Assembly: GCA_964016885.1 (NCBI GenBank)
Contig: OZ024740.1
Coordinates: forward strand, 120,218,001 to 120,282,000
DNA: 64,000 bases
Source: Eledone cirrhosa
Lineage: Eukaryota
Direction: 5' to 3'
Position 1 is the stretch's first letter. Every line of letters starts with the position of its first letter. Below the pieces are notes generated by a model. The model searched no databases, had not been told where the DNA came from, and saw only the letters and a list, made by a program, of their open reading frames with translations. Positions 56,325-64,000 of the stretch are shown one piece after another. The position numbers and the translations under genes are program-made.

Positions 56325-56900
56325 GTTGGTAATTCAACAAATATAAATGTTTATAACTGATTCAGAGCACTAGGCATATTTTCAGGAGTAAATATTCAAT
56401 GATATTAAATAAATGGAAACTATATTTATAAAACCATATTTATTCTATTATAGAAGAAATTAAAAGATGGTTAAAAGAGTTCCATATATTTTATTATGCG
56501 CATTTCAAAAACAAATATCATCCTGGGACGATAATTGCGTTCTCATCAGATAAAATAAGGTAACATGATATGATACCTAAAAACGTCCAGTCAGCATATC
56601 ACAAAAAAATATAAAAGGAGGGAGAAGATTGGAAATAAGAAGGAGAGAGAAGATTGGAAAAAAGAAGGAAGTGGGAAAAGGAAAAAGACATTAAAGAGAA
56701 GGAGAAAATAACGGAGGAAAAATTAAGAAAGAAGGAGATAGAAGGAGAGAGGAGAGAGACTTTTGATCGGGAAACGCTGTTAAAAATGAAAAACAGCTGT
56801 GAATAACGGCTAAAAAATATAAATAAATAAATAAATGAATGAGGTTTATGTGCTTAGATTAAAAATATAGAAACTAGGTATATTATTTATTTTGGGTTTA
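56325..56900 (-). mobile_element. PLE-like pLTR remnant abutting (TA)n
   Basis: Contains an intact hammerhead motif with a pyrimidine-rich tract upstream. Boundaries are approximate. Confidence 0.5.
56488..56556 (-). ncRNA. Type-I hammerhead ribozyme motif
   Basis: attttat-CUGAUGA-gaacgcaa ttatcgtc ccag gatgata tttgttttt-GAAA-tgcgc-AUA-ataaaat, with palindromic stem III atgcgcat. Confidence 0.8.
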
Positions 56901-57169
56901 TATAATATTTCAATGGTACCAACAACTTTAAAGGGGTCATGTAAGTGTCACAAAAAAAGTCATCTGCCGACACAGAGAAACCAAGTCAAAATCAGTTCTG
57001 TATAAGCAAAACAAGCTCATCTGTCTTGGCTTGTCTTACATTGGGACAGCTTATCTAACCCATGCTAGTGTGGATGTTACATGTTGATGATGATGATGAT
57101 GATATATATATATACATACTCATATAGATATATAAATTCATAAGTATACATACAGCCATATATATACAT

Positions 57170-57250
57170 ATATATAAGTATACATATACAAATAAGTATA
57201 CATATACAAATAAGTATACATATACAAATAAGTATACATATACAAATATA
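57170..57250. repeat. 18-bp minisatellite (aaataagtatacatatac)n
   Basis: About four tandem units. Confidence 0.85.
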
Positions 57251-58239
57251 TATTGTATAGAAGAAAAACATATATATTCAACAAATTCATTTTCTATTAT
57301 TTTGGCTGTACTGTTTATCTTTTCACAACACTGGTAAACTCCAGTTAAATTATTCTTGATAAAATGCATTTGATACTTTTATTTTTATTTGAACATTCAA
57401 ATAATTTTTAAAATGAAAAGATGACAGTTTTCAGGGTAAAAAATAAAGATATATTCCATAAAATTTCAGTGTATGTATGAAAAGCTTTTTCATTATAAAT
57501 AAAAGGTTTTTAAATTCATTTACAAGAAGCTACAATTATACATTTTCAATATAGATTAGATAGAAAATATAGAAATAAATGATTTTCTTTAGCAGAGAAA
57601 CACTTAACTAAAACCTCCTACCCTAGTAGTGCAACTGTTTTCATCTCATTATATTTCTCCAGTAAATCCTCCTGAAAATACTCCAGTTGAATAATACTTC
57701 CATCAACTTCATCAATATTGAAGGCTCAGCAAGTGTTATTAGAACTGTTTTGCTTTCTCAGATTAATTAATAACAAACATTTTTTGCAGCAAAAAAGTTG
57801 TCACACTGGTATCACAAGACAAAGACTAGTAGAATGGGAATTTAAAGCAACCCAATCCATTTTCCCATTGCAGTGCTTATTGGTTGCTTCATATTTCATG
57901 AGAATTTTATTGTATATCTGTAGAAAAACACATAAATGTCAAATTTGAATTCAGTTTCAGAAACTAATATGAAGGCACGTGGCTCAATATTTAGAGAATT
58001 AGATTTGCAATCGTGAGGTAGTGAGTTTGATTCCTGACTCAGGTGATGCATTATGCAAGACACTTTATCTAACATTGCTTTTCTGTTAGATAGCAACAGA
58101 AATGGAAAGACCAATGGAATATTGTTTGCTTGATCCTATTTGACGAGTTCCCACCTACTTGGTTGGTAAGTGAATGAGGTCTGGGTTCTTGTTGAATTTT
58201 TCTTTCTTTTTCTAATATGAGCAAACATGAAATAAATTC

Positions 58240-59090
58240 TTTCAAATATTCGGATGGTTCCCAAGAAGTATTCTGTTACCTAGATGACCAAATTATAATA
58301 AGATCTAATAGCCAGAGAAAGAATAGAAGGGAAACAAATTCAGGATTTCTCTCTCTAGGTGATGAGTACATTATATGAGACTTATATTTGAAGTGCAATA
58401 CTGCATGGCACTGAAACATGGACACTGAATGCGAAGGATGTAAAAAAATGACTAAAGACTGTCTTGAGATCGGAGGCTCATCAGGTTGGTGCTTATCCTG
58501 GTGTCCATGGCATTAAGTGCTTGAGAGTACAAGACTGCCCCATAGACAAGACACCAGTCCATTACAGGATTAAATCATCGGCTAGTGCTGGTATAATGTT
58601 AAATTGTTTTGGTCATGAACACAACATACCACCCAGTCAAGGAATTGAACCTATGATATTATGATCATAAGTCCAACACCCATACCACTAGGCCATGCAC
58701 CTCCACAGAGGATGTAAAGACTTGAAAAAGTTGGGACAAGCATGGTCTGCTGAATAGTTAATATTAATGTGCATAAATGACAGAGCTCACATGAGCTGAG
58801 AGAAAAACTAGGTGAAGGAGAAATTAGTAAGATAACAAATAGAGTAACCTGGTGTGGATATGTGATGCATATGGTGGATGACAGTTAGTGAAAGAAGTGC
58901 AAAGCAAGCTAGGTGAAAGAGATTTGCATAGGAGGAAGAGCAAGAAAGAAATGAGAACTGGTGAAAAATGATCTTCTGAGGCTGAATGTCATGATAGAGA
59001 TGACTATTTTAGAAATGGCAGGATAATGTGCTAGGAAAGACCCATCTGATCCATATAAGAAGGAAAAATTATACCTCAAATAATGATGAT
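58240..59090 (+). mobile_element. Old RTE fragment interrupted by a minus-strand SINE (about 58463-58706)
   Basis: Degenerate FCYLD, LHGTETW and LREKLG motifs. The insert ends in accactaggccatgcacctcca (tRNA head, reverse strand). Confidence 0.6.
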
Positions 59091-59617
59091 CGTGAATCAA
59101 AATAATTTGCATGTCTCAATTTTTTAGTAAAAAAAAAAAGAAAGAAAAAAAATAGAGACTTAGAAATTGTTGCAGATATATATTACAAATATATTATTTT
59201 TCTGAATAGAGTATTACAATAAAACATATTTAAGAGATCTGAGTGATATTAAAAATAATTTCTTTAACTGATTTGCGCACATACCCAAACAAACACAACA
59301 CACATAATGTTATGTTTATAATAACACCATGAGAATAAATATTTTTTTTTATAAAATATTATTTTCTTAAGATTGGCTATTAGTCATGGTCTAGGTGGTC
59401 TGAGTATAATTAATGATAAAATATTTCAAATACAAAATGGTATAATCAACGACTTTTATAATCATCATCATTATTATTCTGTTAAAAAGAGACAAGTTAC
59501 AGTATCAGATTTGCCATAACATGTTTAGGTGCCCCAACAATAATATACTTTCAAAATCTTAAATACAGCAATGTACTGTGGAGAATTTAAAATTCAGTAA
59601 CATATTAAGGAAACATT

Positions 59618-60134
59618 ATTTAACTTTGTCTTTTATCCTTACGGGGTTGATAAAATAAAGAACCAGTAATGCACTGGGATAATTGCTGGTCTTGTGCCAA
59701 AAGTAGAAGCAATTATTATTTCAATAATTGTTTCTACTTTAGGCACAAGGCCAGCAATTACCCAGTGCATTACTGGTACTTTATTTTATCAACCCCGTAA
59801 GGTTGAAAGGCAAAGTTAACCTCAGCAGGATTTGAACACAGAATGGCAAGGGCTGTAACTCTATGCGTCAAAGCATGGCGTCGACCCTCTACCGATTCTG
59901 CCAATCCACCGCCCTTATTATTTCAATAATGGCAGTGGGTTGGCAGTTTCAATGGAGCCTCAGACACCATACTTTGTAGCATAGAGTTACAGCCCTTTAT
60001 GTTCTGAGTTCAAATCCCGCCGAGCTTCGCTTTGCCTTTCATCCTTATGGGGTCACTAAAATAAAGCACCAGTAATGCACTGGGGTAATTGCTGGCCTTG
60101 TGCCAAAAGTAGAAACAATTATTATTTCAATAAT
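59618..60134. mobile_element. Cluster of three SINE family A copies (+, -, +)
   Basis: The copies are separated by a triplicated 16-mer, ttattatttcaataat. Confidence 0.85.
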
Positions 60135-63100
60135 GTATTGAGCAAAAATGTTACATTTACTAAGAAAGGTGCAAGCATATCTATCAGGTTTGCTGTGAAG
60201 TTTGCTACATTGGCATGTGGTTCTTGGTTTGATATCACTATATGGCATTAGGTAGGTTTTTGCCTTGCGGTTGTAATTTGGCTGATGGAAACTCTAAAAA
60301 TCTGCTGTATATATTCAGTTGTAAGCTGAAACCAAATTATGCCACCTTTAGTGCCATTCCATTAGGATATATCCTTGCTGATTATGCATGTCAGATTTTG
60401 AGTTGCCAGATATTGTAGTTGCCATATTAATATTGTATACATCAATGATGTGATTTTTTTGAAAAAATGCTAGAGATAAAATTTAAAAGGAGTCTATGGT
60501 TTCACATATGGTTTTGGTTTGGGGTTTATAAATACATTCTTTTATTTCAATGTTAATTTTTTATTAATAACTGGAAGCTGCTTTGAATATTTACATTGAA
60601 TATTGTTTTATAATATGAAACAAGTCATTTGTATGTATCCCATTTTTTTAAAGAGGTACTCTATATATCTATATAACATAAATGGTGACTAAACGTATTG
60701 TCATCATGAAAAGCATCCAGTTGTAAAACACTGCCCCAAACAGTACTGTCCAACATATGCCAACATGAAAAGGCAAACATAAAAACGATGACAATGATAA
60801 TAGATGCATGCCACATCATAGTACAAATAATCTGAAAACATGCTTCATAATATCAGTAATAATTTTGGTCATGTATCAACAATTATTTTATGTAACAGTA
60901 ACCATGATAATGCGCAACAAAATGATTATGATGAATTATTTTCCAATAAATTGCCTGCGATGAAGAAAATGTGATATACAAGAGCATGTATCAACATTTC
61001 ATTCAGACAGTTTTATAGTCTATCACATATCTTTAAAACTAGAACTAACTGGATAGCCTTAGCTTTTATATGAATTCTATAATTTCCTCATGAACTGTAT
61101 TTCATAGAAGTCATACATATTCTTTTGAAGTTATGAATCAAACATTTAGAGTAAGTGAAAAAATATTCCCTCATATTGAAACATTTAGGACTTTCTGATG
61201 CAAACACTATCAAATGTTTGCTACTTTACTTCCAACTGTGAAATACTCGTCAATGGCACTCAAGTAGAAAAAAAAATCACAAATTATACATAAACTATAA
61301 CAATATTGAACATGATGTAGTCTAGTAAGTTTGAAGGACTTCTATGTAAAAAATATCAAATATATAATTTAAGCTTTCAGTATTGTACCACAGATGGTTT
61401 CTCATGAGAACTTTAAGAAATAAAAGAATGAGAATTCGATTTTTAAAACATAATAATAATTTCATATTTCTGCCATTGGCATTCTCAAAGTTTCTGGGCT
61501 ATTGGATTTTGAAGATATAACTTAATATATATATATATATATACTTAGAAGCAGTCAAATTAAACCAGCTTGAGAAAGTGTTCAAATTTCAGTGAAAAAA
61601 GTAATTGCATTTACTATTGACCAAGTTACTATAACATGAGTAGAAGCTGGTTGAATAGTTAAAGAGTTTGCTCTGAAATCATGAGACCCTATGTCCCAAC
61701 CCCACTGCATTACATCTTGGGTGAATGCATTTTTCCATAGCCTGGAGACAATCCAAGCCTGTGAGTGACAATTAGTAGTCAAAAACTTTGTGGAAGTCTT
61801 CTGCCTGTATTTCAAAGTTACAAACATCAGAGATTCTAACACTAAAGGATGGAAATGTTGAAAGTATATTATGAAACTTGTTTTTTTTTTTGTATTGTTT
61901 TTGAATCAGTAAACTACTCATTTATGCATTCCAGGCTTTTTTATCATCAACTCCTAAACAGTAATTATGCAGTTATTCTCAGCTTGCAGCATGTAACCAT
62001 TGCAGTCAGGATACCCCAAATAGATACTATTCTTCAGGGATGTGCTTGCAGAGAAGATAATTTAGATCAAGCATCATACAGAGGAAGCATATATTTGATA
62101 AATATTTACTTAAATAAAAATATTTCTTAATGATCAGAAAAATGAATATGTTTCACTAACAGAAGGACAGTGAACACAAAGTAGAAATCCTGTCTTTACA
62201 CTCTTTTACTGTCACTAGGAAGTTGCAATCGAGAATCTAACAAACTATTGATTATTGTTGGAGTGAAAAGCTTTGAATATTACCTGAACCTAAGTTGAAA
62301 AATAATTGCTAATGGTATTGCATCTTCAATGAACAAGAGAGGAGCATTTTGCTTCATAACAAAATGCTGTTAACAACTATATACATTGATACAATAAACT
62401 GAATTTTGGTGAACAATGACCAAATGTCTAAAGGAAACTCTTTGAAACAGCATAATATATGAAAGAGACATATACTACCTGAAACCCCTGAACTATAACA
62501 TGAATAAGCAAGAAGCATTGCTAATTCAGATTCTCCCTCTTAAAATTAAGTATTACAGTCTAAAGCAAACTTTGAAGTAATGGAACATTCAAACAAAGTA
62601 ACATCAGGTAAACATGAAAATACATCCAGGATCTCAAAAAAGTAATTCATCAAGATTTTTTTAAGGGATTAGAATAAGTGAAAAAGTATAACCACTTATC
62701 AAAATTAACCATGAAAGTAGTACAGCCTATTAGAGATGGAGCTAGAACTGTAACAGCAATATCACCCATTCAAAATCAGTGGGAAAGATTGTTTTCTTCA
62801 TCGTAAATAATCCTATCAGATTTCATTTCTCTGAAGGGGCCTCTGGCAGAAGCAATTCTATTTCTAAAAACAAGATGTTAGTGAATTTCAGATTCAATTT
62901 TTTAAATTTAAATCCTAGCCTAGAGGTAAAATATATTATAGTATTATTATTATTATTTCTTTTAACTTTTAATCCTTTTGATACCAGCCTGCCTGAAACC
63001 TCTCTTGATTATATGTTACAAAACTGTTTATTCGTAAGTGTTTATATTTATCTATAAACCTATCATAACTTAATCTAAGAAGCTTTGTTCAGTGTATTTG

Positions 63101-64000
63101 AAACACCATACACGATAAGTTAGATGAGTTACAATGATTTAGCATAAAATACATTAAAATCAGTTTGGTAATTCGAATGTTTATATTGTCTTTATTAATT
63201 GACAGATAATTGCTAAATTTTACTGCATTAACATTATAACTGGTAATACTTCAGCAGAAAATATTTTTAAATGTTTATTTTTTAATTCAAATATTTATAG
63301 TATCTTTACTGAGGTGACCATTGCATTATTAGAATAAAAATGTCAATATTTAATGTGATGTAGTCATAGTGCTGTTTTCTACTTTTCAAGAATGTATTGC
63401 TGATGTGGTTTCATATAGTAAAGGATATTAAGAGCTAATGTGTCATTCACTTAAATTTGGTATACAAACAATGCTTTAATCTTGAAAATGAATGGATATG
63501 TATCTAATTCAGTTTATTATTGTTTTTTTTATGGTAATTTCTAACGTTGCTTTAGCTGATCAGGTTTTCAGTTTTATTTCCTTGAATTATTTTCAATAAT
63601 GTACTTTAACTTTTTGAACTGTCAAATATAGATAATCCTGATTTTCTTCATTGTATTTTTAGTTTATTTGTTTTATATTCTTTCATCTAATAACCATTTG
63701 ATAAGAAATCTCTTTTTAAAATAATTTGTTAGTTTTGTCTTATGCTTAATGTCTGTAACTTCTTTAATACAGCAAACATTTAAAGGCTATTACCCTGCTA
63801 AAACAGGAATTATCCTTGGAGGCGACACTACAAACTTCATACACATCATGAGGTCCTTTTTTAGAAAATGGTTTATGATTGGTTCCTCTCACCTTTTAGT
63901 CATCTCTTACAATACAACATGCATACATACAATCTATTTACTTTACCCTGGATAAGAACACTATATTCTTAAATTTAATAATACATATAAAAATACCTCA

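Noticed and set aside
58470-58486. CTGATGAG on the minus strand
   Set aside because: Part of a SINE body, with no downstream GAAA or stem III.

Overview
AT-rich, repeat-dense eukaryotic genomic DNA. The SINE, RTE-LINE and microsatellite content suggests an octopus or other coleoid cephalopod (inference). I can support only one host coding exon: a 205-bp minus-strand Ig-domain exon (38026-38230) of a Dpr/DIP/Lachesin/IgLON-like adhesion gene, so most of the window is probably intron. The rest is a transposable-element mosaic: two tRNA-derived SINE families, several RTE LINE families (one near full length with three C2H2 fingers, one with a PHD-like finger inside the RT), CR1, CRE-like and Ingi/Vingi remnants, Helitrons, a hAT MITE, a Sola2-like fossil and large (TA)n-type arrays. 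The most striking structure outside the ORF track is a set of six unrelated type-I hammerhead ribozyme motifs, several apparently intact, in Penelope-like (PLE) termini. Every family has a copy on the minus strand, which is the sense strand of the Ig gene. One belongs to a young Naiad-type PLE with a 243-codon open GIY-YIG frame and 455-bp inverted arms.
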